Position numbers and translations under genes: made by a program. The notes below the pieces were generated by a model. The model saw only the letters and a list, made by a program, of their open reading frames with translations, was not told where the DNA came from and ran no database searches. 64,000 nt of DNA. Origin: Candidatus Acidiferrales bacterium. Its GTDB lineage: Bacteria; Desulfobacterota; Binatia; UBA9968. The stretch is taken from NCBI GenBank assembly GCA_035559995.1, contig DATMAM010000040.1:197452-261451 (forward strand). The letters run 5' to 3'. Of the stretch, positions 20,738 through 29,548 are shown piece by piece; the first letter of the stretch is position 1; each line of letters starts with the position of its first letter.

Positions 20738-21542
20738 CTTTCTCGTGCTCCTGCAGCAAGTCGCCGTGGGCGGGCTTTTTGCGCTTGCCGCCGCCCCGTT
20801 TCACGAGCTGGAGAGAGGCTTTTTTAAATCGACCGCCGCGGTTCTTTTCCTTTTCGGACTTTTGAGCGTGTGGGGCCAGATCGAAATCTACGGCGCGGCG
20901 CTTTGGAAAGCGCCGGACGGGCTGCTCGAGCTCGCCGTGCAGGCGGCGTTTCTCGTTTGCTTTGGTTTGTACCTGTTTTCGCTCTGGGGCGAGCGCGTCT
21001 ATTTTCGCGCCCGCGTCTTCTCCCTTGCGCTTTTTGCCGGCCTGGGCAGCCTGGTTCTCAACTCGCTCAACTTCCACCGGGCCCCGCTCTGGTCCATCGA
21101 AAGCTTGCTTTACCCGCTGAGCTTTTTTGTGTCGGCCCTGCTTTTGGGCGCTGTCACGGTCGGCATGCTTATCGGCCACTGGTACCTTATCGATGCCGGC
21201 CAGAGCCTTGCGCCGCTGATCCGCATGTTTCGCTTTTTCGTCGCTTCGCTGGTGCTCCAGACGGCTTTTCTCCTTGTATTCCCGCCGCTGCTTTATTTTT
21301 TGGGGAGCCCGGCAAGCCTTGAGAGCATGACCCGGCTCCTGAGCGAGCATCCGATTTTGCTTGCCGCGCGCCTTACGGTGGCGCAGGGCGCGCCCCTGGT
21401 TATCTCCTACATGATATGGCGCACCCTCAAGATACCCCACACGATGGCGGCCACGGGGCTGTTTTACGTCGCGATGCTCGGGGTCTTTGTGGGTGAGATT
21501 CTGGGGAGACAGATTCTGGCGCTAACCGCCCTCCCCTTTTAG
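20718..21542 (+). CDS. hypothetical polytopic membrane protein
   Basis: 274 aa, ~8 hydrophobic helices, overlaps ubiE-like gene end; no recognisable motif. Confidence 0.45.
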   Translation: MRPFAHSFLVLLQQVAVGGLFALAAAPFHELERGFFKSTAAVLFLFGLLSVWGQIEIYGAALWKAPDGLLELAVQAAFLVCFGLYLFSLWGERVYFRARVFSLALFAGLGSLVLNSLNFHRAPLWSIESLLYPLSFFVSALLLGAVTVGMLIGHWYLIDAGQSLAPLIRMFRFFVASLVLQTAFLLVFPPLLYFLGSPASLESMTRLLSEHPILLAARLTVAQGAPLVISYMIWRTLKIPHTMAATGLFYVAMLGVFVGEILGRQILALTALPF

Positions 21543-21829
21543 TCGTAGGTCTTGATTTTGGTCACGCGCAAGCCGCTCGCAGTCCAGCCCAGATCGTAGC
21601 CGACCTCCTGGCCCTCGCGCAGCTCCGTCGGTTTTTTCGTGACGCCCGAGAGGATAACGAACTGATAGGAAAACGGCACCTCCCGGCCGCTTTCCGTTCG
21701 TACCAGACCCATGTTGTTGCTGTGGAAAAGTTTGCTGATGGTGCCGCGATGAAACAGGTCGGGTTTGTCGCCCGCCGGCTCGTCAGGACCCCTCATGGCC
21801 TGCACCGTAGCGCATGTAAGAACGCTCAC
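21539..21829 (-). CDS. hypothetical protein with cold-shock-domain-like (OB-fold) pattern
   Basis: GTISKLFH..GLVRTESGREVPFSYQFV...EGQEVGYDL loosely parallels CspA KWFN..GFGFI...VFVH...EGQ.V.F; start uncertain (GTG). Confidence 0.3.
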   Translation of the reverse strand: MSVLTCATVQAMRGPDEPAGDKPDLFHRGTISKLFHSNNMGLVRTESGREVPFSYQFVILSGVTKKPTELREGQEVGYDLGWTASGLRVTKIKTYD

Positions 21830-21863
21830 AAACCAAGCCGCAGCGGATTAATTCAGGGAACCG

Positions 21864-22385
21864 CTAACCGCTGCCGCCGAACAGGGGCTGCTTTTGGCGC
21901 GCGATTTTCGCTTGCAGCTCCATAAGCCCGTCGAGCACGGCCTCTGGACGAGGAGGGCACCCCGGCACGTAAACGTCAACCGGGATCACGCGATCGATCC
22001 CCTGCACGGTCGCGTAGTTATCGTAAAAGCCGCCGCTCGCGGCGCATGCGCCGAAAGCCATCACCCACTTGGGCTCGCCCATCTGCTCGTAAACCCTTTT
22101 GAGAACCGGCGCCAGCTTGTGGTTTACCGTCCCGATGACCATCAGGAGGTCGGCCTGCCGCGGGCTAAACCTCGGCAGCAAAGCGCCGAAACGGTCGATG
22201 TCATAGGGCGACATCGACAGCGCCATGTATTCCATGGCGCAGCACGCGGTAGCAAAGGGATAGGGAAAGATGGAGTATTTGCGGGCCCAGCCGATGGCTT
22301 TATCTACCCGAGTCAGGACCACCGATTCGGCGAGAAGTCTTTCCTCGCCAAATTCCTTCTCCTTTCGCGTTAATCCGCTCCGCAC
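21864..22385 (-). CDS. NADH-quinone oxidoreductase subunit B family protein (NuoB/20 kDa, orphan)
   Basis: All four N2 cluster Cys present (ATACCAMEYMA, GACAASGG, GCPP); no other nuo genes nearby. Confidence 0.75.
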   Translation of the reverse strand: MRSGLTRKEKEFGEERLLAESVVLTRVDKAIGWARKYSIFPYPFATACCAMEYMALSMSPYDIDRFGALLPRFSPRQADLLMVIGTVNHKLAPVLKRVYEQMGEPKWVMAFGACAASGGFYDNYATVQGIDRVIPVDVYVPGCPPRPEAVLDGLMELQAKIARQKQPLFGGSG

Positions 22386-22421
22386 GAAATTAAGCTATAA
22401 AGCTTAGCTCGCGAAATCAAG

Positions 22422-22625
22422 CTAAAGCTTAACGACGTTTATCGCCTGCGGCCCTTTTTCGCCCTGCGAAATATCGAACTGGACGGCTTGCCCTTCTTTT
22501 AGGCTTTTAAAGCCGTCCCCCTGAATAGCGGAATAATGCACGAAGATGTCCGCGCCACCCTCTTCCTGTTCAATGAAACCGTAGCCCTTTGTGTTGTTGA
22601 ACCATTTGACCCTGCCTATAGGCAT
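22422..22625 (-). CDS. cspA: cold-shock protein CspA family
   Basis: 67 aa; [14 protein letters not shown] and [12 protein letters not shown] motifs; long 5' UTR typical of csp genes. Confidence 0.9.
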   Translation of the reverse strand: MPIGRVKWFNNTKGYGFIEQEEGGADIFVHYSAIQGDGFKSLKEGQAVQFDISQGEKGPQAINVVKL

Positions 22626-22909
22626 TTCTCGTCTCCTCCTGAGCCGGTATGTGATGGAAAACAGGCCGCTTTTATTTTGCGGCGCAGATTAAATAAAGGA
22701 ACGGTTTTTTGTCAAGAAGATTCTGCGCGTCTATTGGAAGCGCCAAACCGGGCAGGCGGCGGCCTCACCTCCAGCTACATCCTAAAGGTTTACCAACGGA
22801 AACGTGATTTTACATTGACTTCAGGAGACTTTTTTAATATAAAAAGACGTCCCATTCGCTGCGCCTGGCCAGTAAAGCAACCGCCGCGAGCCTAAAAGGA
22901 TCAGTTTCG

Positions 22910-23932
22910 ATGGCAACCTATACGTCTTTGACAAAAAAGGAATGTTCGCGCATTGCCGAAGAATTCGGCCTAGGCGATCTGATCGACTTTAGGGGCATAC
23001 GCGACGGCTCGGTGAATACGCACTATCTCCTGGAGACAAAGAAGGGAAAATTCTTTCTTAAAATCGATGAGATAAAAAGTGAAATTGAGGTTAAGCAGGA
23101 GATCGAGCTGCTGCTTTATCTAAGGCGCCAAGGCTTCCCGTGCCTGCAGCTGCTCAAGGACAAAAACAACCGCTATTACAATGAGTTACACGGAAAATTT
23201 TACTCGTTGAGCAAGTATATCGACGGGGTTGAGCTGCCGCTTGAAGCGCTCTCTCACCCGCACCTGGAGCAGCTCGGCCACGCCCTCGCCAAGCTTCACC
23301 TCATCGGCAGGGGATTCAAGAAAGGGGTTGAGAACCGTTTCGGGTTTACCCGGATTGCCTCTCTGTATCGAGACATCAGGAGGCAAATCCCGGCGCACCT
23401 AAAGAACATCGTCAGGGTGCTGGACGACGAGGTTTCGTATCTGGAAAACTACCTCGACAGCAACCTCCCGAAAGGGATCATCCATGGCGACCTGTTTCCC
23501 GATAACTTTAAGTTCAAAGGGAACAGGCTTGTAGGCATTATGGATTTTGAGGCCGCGTGCCGCGGCAAGTTCATCTATGACCTGGCCACCGCCGTCAACG
23601 CGCTCTGTTTTGTGGACGGACGCTACCGAATCGAGCGCTTCGAGCCGTTGATTGCCGGCTACGAGTCGCTCAGGCCGCTGTCCCTGCCCGAATGGGATTC
23701 TTTCCCCAACGAGCTGCGCTTCTCGGCGCTGCGCTTTACGCTGACGCGGATAAAGGACTTTTATCTGCGCAAGGTCGATGAGACGAGAAGGAACTACAAA
23801 GACTTTAAGGAATTCTTCGATCGCCTGCTGATACTGCGGCGCGAAAAAGAAGGCGGCATGGAAGAGCTACTGCTCGCGATGGCGACCGGCTACGACTACC
23901 GCAAGTACCAGAAGTCCAAACCGTCCAAATAG
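22910..23932 (+). CDS. aminoglycoside-phosphotransferase-fold kinase (homoserine kinase type II / CotS-like)
   Basis: 340 aa; catalytic IIHGDLFPDNF and DFE motifs; lower GC than neighbours. Confidence 0.65.
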   Translation: MATYTSLTKKECSRIAEEFGLGDLIDFRGIRDGSVNTHYLLETKKGKFFLKIDEIKSEIEVKQEIELLLYLRRQGFPCLQLLKDKNNRYYNELHGKFYSLSKYIDGVELPLEALSHPHLEQLGHALAKLHLIGRGFKKGVENRFGFTRIASLYRDIRRQIPAHLKNIVRVLDDEVSYLENYLDSNLPKGIIHGDLFPDNFKFKGNRLVGIMDFEAACRGKFIYDLATAVNALCFVDGRYRIERFEPLIAGYESLRPLSLPEWDSFPNELRFSALRFTLTRIKDFYLRKVDETRRNYKDFKEFFDRLLILRREKEGGMEELLLAMATGYDYRKYQKSKPSK

Positions 23933-23945
23933 GCCGCCTCCGGGT

Positions 23946-24347
23946 TCAGCCCCCTTCCCCCACCGGACCGCTTTCGAGCCGCCGGAGCTTCGTTAAACCT
24001 TCGCGGCGGATCACTCTTAAAAGCCCGCCCGCGCCGACGACCAAGCCCGCGAAAAACAGCAACTGCCCGCCCACCAGCACGACGTGGAAGAACTCCAGTT
24101 TTACCCGCGCCGCGTTGTATTTTTCGCGGTCTTCCGTGATGCGGCGCAGCACTTCTTCATTTTTTTGCTGGTCGAGCTGCCGAAAAATGCTGTATTTCGT
24201 CTCGAGCCCGGTCTGCGCGGCGCGTTGCACGAGACCTTCGAAGCGCGCGCTTTCCAGCGCGCCGACAGTCCAGTTCCCGATCCCGAGAAACAACAAAAAA
24301 AGCCCGGTGATGAAAACGCGGTCGGAGTAGAGGTCACGCAGCTTCAT
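23946..24347 (-). CDS. hypothetical membrane protein (2 TM)
   Basis: 133 aa ORF with N- and C-terminal hydrophobic helices. Confidence 0.35.
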   Translation of the reverse strand: MKLRDLYSDRVFITGLFLLFLGIGNWTVGALESARFEGLVQRAAQTGLETKYSIFRQLDQQKNEEVLRRITEDREKYNAARVKLEFFHVVLVGGQLLFFAGLVVGAGGLLRVIRREGLTKLRRLESGPVGEGG

Positions 24348-24461
24348 GGCTTGTGGACCGAATTAGCAGACGCAAAGAAAAAGATCAAACATGTTTTTTT
24401 GCGCTGTCGCAGGCGCAGGACGCTGCTTGAACCGCCATTCGCGGTAGCATAGGATACGCCT

Positions 24462-25190
24462 ATGAAATGCTACGTCATCGGCGATATTCACGGCTGCGCC
24501 GACGAGCTGAAATGGATGGTTGAAAGCCTTCCCCTCGCGCCGAACGACCGCATCGTTTTCCTCGGGGACTATATCGATCGCGGCCCCGATTCCAAGGCGG
24601 TGGTGGCTTATCTTCTCAGTCTAAAGGAACAAGCCTCGCAGGAGGTGATTTTCCTCAAGGGCAATCACGAGGATATGTTTCTTTCGTACCTTGGGTTTCG
24701 CGGAAATTACGGCGACATGTTTCTCTACAACGGCGGCGAAGCGACGCTGGCCAGTTACGGTCTATCGTCGAGAAGAGACTCGCCGGAAAAGATCATGGCG
24801 GTCTTTCCCGACGATCATCTCGAGTTTTTTCGCCGGCTCAGGCCGTATCACGTGACCGGCGATTTTCTTTGCGTCCACGCGGGCATTAACCCGCTCAAGC
24901 CCCTCGCCGAGCAAACCGAGGAGGAGCTGTTCTGGATCCGCGACGCGTTTATTCTGCGGCCGCATCCGCTGCCTTACACCGTGCTTTTCGGCCACACGCC
25001 GCACCGCGAAGTGCTTTGCGATCTACCCTACAAAATCGGTCTCGACACCGGGCTTGTCTACGGCAACAAGCTGAGCTGCCTGGAGATTTCCCAGCGCGTG
25101 GTGTTTCAGATCGCGCGAGGCGGCCGAAAAGTCTCCAGCGCCCCGCTCCGGGGCTCGTGGGAGCGCGTCCCGCCGGCCACCACGGCTTGA
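24462..25190 (+). CDS. PPP-family metallophosphoesterase (Ser/Thr protein phosphatase / ApaH-like)
   Basis: GDIHGC, GDYIDRGP, GNHE motifs at N-terminus. Confidence 0.8.
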   Translation: MKCYVIGDIHGCADELKWMVESLPLAPNDRIVFLGDYIDRGPDSKAVVAYLLSLKEQASQEVIFLKGNHEDMFLSYLGFRGNYGDMFLYNGGEATLASYGLSSRRDSPEKIMAVFPDDHLEFFRRLRPYHVTGDFLCVHAGINPLKPLAEQTEEELFWIRDAFILRPHPLPYTVLFGHTPHREVLCDLPYKIGLDTGLVYGNKLSCLEISQRVVFQIARGGRKVSSAPLRGSWERVPPATTA

Positions 25191-25228
25191 CTTCCGCCGC
25201 GGCGGCCGTTAATCAGCGATAGCCACAT

Positions 25229-25302
25229 GGCGGTGTAGCTCAGTTGGTCAGAGCACGCGGCTCATATCCGCGGAGTCGACAGTTCGAGTCTGTCCACCGC
25301 CA
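25229..25302 (+). tRNA. tRNA-Met (anticodon CAT; elongator or Ile2-lysidine type)
   Basis: GGCGGTG...CACCGCC acceptor, anticodon loop CTCATAT, T-loop TTCGAGT; no encoded CCA; not initiator (1:72 paired, no GGG/CCC anticodon stem). Confidence 0.85.
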
Positions 25303-26444
25303 TCAATTTTTTCCTTTGATTCTCGCTCACTTACGCTGATCCCCCGCGCGAGATCCGCCAACGCTATCATGTCGTTTTTCGTCAGCCGCTGGGAGGATTC
25401 GGCGTCCGATTGGTATCCAAAATTGGCATCCACGCCTCCGAGATTCTGGACCGCCGAGCGCATTCGTTCCCACACGACGCGGGTGTACTTAGTCGTTGTC
25501 GCGAGGCTCTTGTGCCTGAGCAGGTGCATCATGGCGACCGGATCCCTGACCGACCTGGCCACCTCGTTGCAGAAATAGTCCCGGAGATCCTTCGGCACGA
25601 GCTTGATTCCGGTGAGTTTCTGGATCCGCTTGAACATCCAGCTTCGCCGGTACTGCTTCTTCCCTGTCTTGGGGTTCGGGAAAAGATACTCACTTTCCGG
25701 GAATCGCTTCATCTGCTCAGCGATGATCGGCCTTAGCACGGGCGCGATCGGCAAGAGATTGTAACTATCTTCCGTTTTCGTGCCACGTACGACGAGCCAA
25801 TTCCCCTTGGGGTCGATATCGATCTTGAGCACGCGGTTGGTTTCGTCCTTTCGAAGGCCGGTAAACCGCAGGAAGTCAAAGTACGCGCGATCATTGCCGT
25901 CCAGCGAAGCAGACGCCCGCTCGACGTCGTCCGGATCAAGCGGTGGCTTCACGACCTTTCGGTTCTTGATGAGAGAGAGATCCGCCCGCTCTACGGGATT
26001 CTCGCTCACCAGCCCTTCGCCCTTCGCCCAGTTGAACATCGACCTCAAATCGGTGACATAGTGCCAGATCGTCTGGTTGGTGACCTTGCGATCCTTGCGC
26101 TCCTTCTGCTTACGAATGAACCGCTCAACGTCTTTGTGCGTGATCGAATCAGCCAGGCTCTGCGCGCCGAAGAACGGGATCATGAAACGTTGAAAATTCC
26201 ACCTAAGAGCGTCCACCCTCCATTCCGATCTTCCTCGGAGCGCGCTCTCCACCAGGTACTGCGCGACCACCCGCTCGAATGCGTTCGGCGGAATCTTGGG
26301 CTTTGAGTCGAGCTCGTCGCAGAACTTCCTGTACGCCTTCTCAGCCTCGTCCCGTGTCTCCCAGGCGAAGCGCGCGTAGCGCTTCCCGGCTCGGTAAACC
26401 CGAAATCCCCACTTGCCCCGATTGCATCGATATTCGACTCCCAC
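25248..26444 (-). CDS. int: tyrosine-type site-specific integrase
   Basis: N-terminal AP2-like arm-binding domain (GKWGFRVYRAGKRYARFAWETRDEAEKAY), catalytic R..HLLRH..Y (HLLRHKSLATTTKYTRV); 3' end runs into tRNA-Met (att overlap). Confidence 0.9.
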   Translation of the reverse strand: MGVEYRCNRGKWGFRVYRAGKRYARFAWETRDEAEKAYRKFCDELDSKPKIPPNAFERVVAQYLVESALRGRSEWRVDALRWNFQRFMIPFFGAQSLADSITHKDVERFIRKQKERKDRKVTNQTIWHYVTDLRSMFNWAKGEGLVSENPVERADLSLIKNRKVVKPPLDPDDVERASASLDGNDRAYFDFLRFTGLRKDETNRVLKIDIDPKGNWLVVRGTKTEDSYNLLPIAPVLRPIIAEQMKRFPESEYLFPNPKTGKKQYRRSWMFKRIQKLTGIKLVPKDLRDYFCNEVARSVRDPVAMMHLLRHKSLATTTKYTRVVWERMRSAVQNLGGVDANFGYQSDAESSQRLTKNDMIALADLARGISVSERESKEKIDGGGQTRTVDSADMSRVL

Positions 26445-26634
26445 GGCCTGCCTCCTTTGTGCGGTTGTCGGCGTACTCTATCCGCGACGCTATGAAGGAG
26501 TCAACGTCTTCTTGGCGGTAACGGTATTTTCCTTTGCCGCGGCCGAGCCGAACCGCCGGGATCCGGAGCCTGAGAACGGTCCGGCGGCTGAGCTTTAACT
26601 GGCGAGCGACATCATCGACGGTGAGAAGCTGCAC
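26341..26634 (-). CDS. xis: excisionase / AlpA-type HTH DNA-binding protein
   Basis: LLTVDDVARQLKLSRRTVLRLRIPAVRLGRG HTH_17-like; directly upstream of int; boundaries approximate (overlaps int N-terminus in another frame). Confidence 0.5.
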   Translation of the reverse strand: MQLLTVDDVARQLKLSRRTVLRLRIPAVRLGRGKGKYRYRQEDVDSFIASRIEYADNRTKEAGRGSRISMQSGQVGISGLPSREALRALRLGDTGRG

Positions 26635-26995
26635 GCACCACCTCGATCTTGATCCCATAGCAGGCTTCGACGAGTTTCCGCTTCAGCATAAACACGGGCG
26701 TCCTCACGCCTTTGGTATCCTCCACCCTGACGCGCCCGCCGGCGTCGATGTAACCGAAGTCGGCGTAGTAGCGGCAGATTTTATGCCCGCCGATCTCGAT
26801 ATCATAGAAGGGCTTTAGCACCAGGTCCTTGATCGCCCCGGCCTTCGCGAGGACCTTGAGCTGCTTGTAACGGTCCGCCTCGAGCACGGAGTCGAACGTG
26901 TGACCGTCGAGCTGTATCTGTCGCGCGCCGAACTTGTGCGGCCGATCCGTGATCACCACGCGGCCGCCTTTGATTTTTCCGTAGAGTCTGGTCAT
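26612..26995 (-). CDS. phage protein, DUF1064-like
   Basis: 127 aa; G..VVITDRPHKFGARQIQLDGHTFDS..EADRY..L..AGAIKDL resembles DUF1064 phage family. Confidence 0.45.
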   Translation of the reverse strand: MTRLYGKIKGGRVVITDRPHKFGARQIQLDGHTFDSVLEADRYKQLKVLAKAGAIKDLVLKPFYDIEIGGHKICRYYADFGYIDAGGRVRVEDTKGVRTPVFMLKRKLVEACYGIKIEVVRAASHRR

Positions 26996-27477
26996 TCACT
27001 CAACCCCGGCAAGAGCGCCGGGACCTTCCCGGTGGCGTAGGCCTGCTCGATCGCTGGCATCGCGTGCTCTGCAAATGTCTTTCCGTCTGGCATCACGAAA
27101 TGAGCCATGAACTCGTGCTCGAAGGTCGTTATCCCAGACTCCACCGCCTCGAGCTTGGCCTTGATTACGAGAGCTAAAGCTCGCCAGCGCCGGCGTACCT
27201 CTTGCTCGTAAGCCTCTTTTGCAGCGGAGGGCGAGCGGGGAATCCATGACGTGAAGCTCCTTCCACGCTTGAAGTGCGTGAATCGTTTCTCGTCGGCCTT
27301 CGGCAATGGCAGAATGAATTTGCAGTAGCGGTTCTTAATTCGAAACCCGATCGCTGCCGCTTGGTCCTTCCATCCGGAGTAGAATTGATCCGCTCCGTAT
27401 TTCCGCAGAAGTTTTTCGATCTCGGCGCGTGAACGCTCCACCGGCACGCTGGTTTCTTTCGCATACACACCGCTCAT
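26992..27477 (-). CDS. hypothetical phage protein
   Basis: Start at ATG 27477 (MSGVYAKE) with GAGG RBS; coupled to downstream gene. Confidence 0.4.
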   Translation of the reverse strand: MSGVYAKETSVPVERSRAEIEKLLRKYGADQFYSGWKDQAAAIGFRIKNRYCKFILPLPKADEKRFTHFKRGRSFTSWIPRSPSAAKEAYEQEVRRRWRALALVIKAKLEAVESGITTFEHEFMAHFVMPDGKTFAEHAMPAIEQAYATGKVPALLPGLSE

Positions 27478-27670
27478 TTGAGACCTCGAAACATTTGCTT
27501 GATCCGGTCGATCATCGTTCCCATCTCGCGGATCGCCTTGGGCATGCACTCAGAGCACATTTCCTGGCCGTTCACCTTGCCGAAATCTCCAACGGGCTTT
27601 AGCTGGAGGCATCTGGTGCAGTGCTTGCTGATCTGGAGAATCCGGGGAACACTCGGCGGCTATCCCATCA

Positions 27671-27889
27671 TCACATCCAAACGGGCAGCAGCCGTTCGAC
27701 GGCATCTGCCGAGGGCTTGTAACCCCGGGCCGCGCCGCGCCGCAGCACGTCAGCGCAGCGCTCCACGTTGACTTCGGGCCCGCCCGTGATCAGTCCGTAC
27801 TTGCGCGCGTCGATCAACATAAGAACGCTCGCCATATCGAGTGCCTCCTGCCACTCCTCGCGCGTCTGTGGATCCTTGTGTTCACTCAT
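27671..27889 (-). CDS. hypothetical small phage protein
   Basis: 72 aa, overlaps next gene by 4 nt. Confidence 0.35.
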   Translation of the reverse strand: MSEHKDPQTREEWQEALDMASVLMLIDARKYGLITGGPEVNVERCADVLRRGAARGYKPSADAVERLLPVWM

Positions 27890-28101
27890 TCCACGATTCC
27901 TTTCTGCCTCGCCAAGTCTTCGGAAATCTTGAGCACCCCGCGGTCGCCCTTTTTCTTAACCTCGCTCGTGACGTCGATCACTGACTTGGGAATCCACATC
28001 ACGAGCCCGACGTGCTTCACGCAGAGCGAGTCGCGGGTCTCAGTCATCGCTTCTGCGCCGAGCTTCACCACGGAATCGAAGGCGCGAAACCCATCCTTCA
28101 T
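27886..28101 (-). CDS. hypothetical small phage protein
   Basis: 71 aa, ATGA-coupled to neighbours. Confidence 0.35.
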   Translation of the reverse strand: MKDGFRAFDSVVKLGAEAMTETRDSLCVKHVGLVMWIPKSVIDVTSEVKKKGDRGVLKISEDLARQKGIVE

Positions 28102-28313
28102 GCGTGGCCAATCCTCCCCACACCCAAGACGCTGACCTTGTGGCCGGCCTGGGAGAGAAGCTGGGCGACGTCTGCAGGATCGCAGTTCGTGATCAGATCT
28201 ATGTGGATCTCCACCGGCTCATTTTCGTTATGCCTGCCCACCAATACGACGTAAGCGGCGCCTGGGATGATCTTTCGGATCTCGGCCGCGATCCGCTCAA
28301 GAGGGTCGGACAT
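28098..28313 (-). CDS. hypothetical small phage protein
   Basis: Start at ATG 28313 (MSDPLERIAAE) with GGAGG RBS; N-terminal extension of listed ORF is low-complexity. Confidence 0.35.
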   Translation of the reverse strand: MSDPLERIAAEIRKIIPGAAYVVLVGRHNENEPVEIHIDLITNCDPADVAQLLSQAGHKVSVLGVGRIGHA

Positions 28314-28606
28314 CCGGCCGTTCCTCCTTTGGGTCCACAAGCGGGAGCTCGAGCTGGCGGCCAACCGCTTCGCCGAAGTGTTTCAGGGCGTCGTTCCATA
28401 GCCCGTGCCGCTCAACGATGTTAGCGAACTCTTCGATGTCGTGTCCCTGCAGGATCCATCGCCTGCCTTTATCGCTGTGCTCGACAGAGCAGTGGCAGAG
28501 CTCGTGATCGAGCAGCGCGCGCCTTTTAGCCGTCGCGGCCTTTTCCCAGAAAGCGTTTGAGACGATTATTATGAAATCCGCTCGCGAGTAGTACCTGAGA
28601 AGCCCA
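28297..28606 (-). pseudogene. SprT-like zinc-metallopeptidase domain remnant (HELCH motif), no in-frame canonical start
   Basis: Unlisted frame: ...RRALLDHELCHCSVEH..GHDIEEF... matches SprT-like HExxH...GH..F; upstream in-frame TAG and only an out-of-frame ATG at ~28640. Confidence 0.35.
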
Positions 28607-28843
28607 GACGCCTTTGCCAGGCATCGAGGTACTTCTGCGTGTCAATAATTTTTCCCATAAATTCCCATCCGTGTTAAAACTGCGCGATGCGCTGCGAGAG
28701 CTGCGAACTGGGGGCAGAACTTTCCGTCACCATCGAAGTTAAGCCGATGAAACGATCGATCAACATTTGCCGGCTCTGCGCCTTGAAGCTCTTTGAGGGT
28801 TACGACACCATGGCGGGTTTTATCCGGGCCTACTTCGCGCATT

Positions 28844-29011
28844 CTAACGACCCCCAATCGCCTTCAAGCATTTCGGGCAAAGGCCGTTCGGCTTAAACAC
28901 GCAAATCGCCTGCGTCTCTTTCTTCGGCCGCTTGTGAATCTTCCCGCACCTCCACACGCCGCCGCAGACTTTGCATTCATGAGCGTCGGGTTCGTCGATC
29001 ATTGCCGTCAT
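28844..29011 (-). CDS. small zinc-ribbon phage protein (55 aa)
   Basis: Unlisted ORF MTAMIDEPDAHECKVCGG...CPKCLKAIGGR with GAAGGAG RBS; start overlaps stop of upstream gene (ATGA). Confidence 0.45.
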   Translation of the reverse strand: MTAMIDEPDAHECKVCGGVWRCGKIHKRPKKETQAICVFKPNGLCPKCLKAIGGR

Positions 29012-29544
29012 ACGCGCTGCTCCTTCTGGATCAGCCGTGCGGCCTGCTCGCGTAATTTCGCCCGCCTCTCTTCGAGATCCTTTGGCTTTTCGAGCTGTTC
29101 GATTCTCGCCCGTTGGATCTCGATCACTGTTTTGAGCTGGCGGTTTTCCTCCTCGAGTAATTTTTGGTTTTGGTCGGGCTCTTGGGTTGCTGGCTCCGGC
29201 GGGCCAATCGCGTTTCGTTCCTGCGCGGCCACCCGACCGCGGCGCCGCTCGAGCTCCTGGATGATGTCTTCCGTCCTAAGCTCGCGCCTTCCGTTCGCCT
29301 TTACGATCCCGTGGAGATCCTCCGTAGCCCACTGAGCGAGGAGTCCTATGGGAGGCAAAAAGCCTGGGCGCTCCCAGCGTAAAAGAGCTCGGTCGATCCC
29401 AGCCTGGAAGCACGAGTCTGGAATAACCTTTAGCTTCCGCCAGTAGACCATCAGCGTCGGATCTGTCCCATCGCCTTTGGCCATCTCGACGCGGAAGGCC
29501 GCGGCTAGCTCCATCATTCCCCTGCGAAATGTGGCCTGCTTCAT
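29008..29544 (-). CDS. hypothetical phage protein with C-terminal coiled coil
   Basis: 178 aa ORF downstream of replication gene. Confidence 0.4.
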   Translation of the reverse strand: MKQATFRRGMMELAAAFRVEMAKGDGTDPTLMVYWRKLKVIPDSCFQAGIDRALLRWERPGFLPPIGLLAQWATEDLHGIVKANGRRELRTEDIIQELERRRGRVAAQERNAIGPPEPATQEPDQNQKLLEEENRQLKTVIEIQRARIEQLEKPKDLEERRAKLREQAARLIQKEQRV

Positions 29545-29548
29545 ACCG

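Noticed and set aside
25229-25302. Initiator tRNA-fMet call
   Set aside because: Position 1:72 is a G:C pair and the anticodon stem lacks the three consecutive G:C pairs of initiators; an elongator Met or Ile2(CAT) is more consistent
27549-27671. Possible Zn-ribbon mini-ORF (HCTRC...CSEC) between phage genes
   Set aside because: No in-frame canonical start upstream of the first CxxC; only a 28-aa ATG-initiated fragment remains
28642-28896. Overlapping small ORFs on both strands (28642..28857 minus, 28687..28896 plus with CxxC pairs)
   Set aside because: Neither has a convincing RBS and they conflict with the better-supported 55-aa Zn-ribbon gene at 28844..29011; left unannotated
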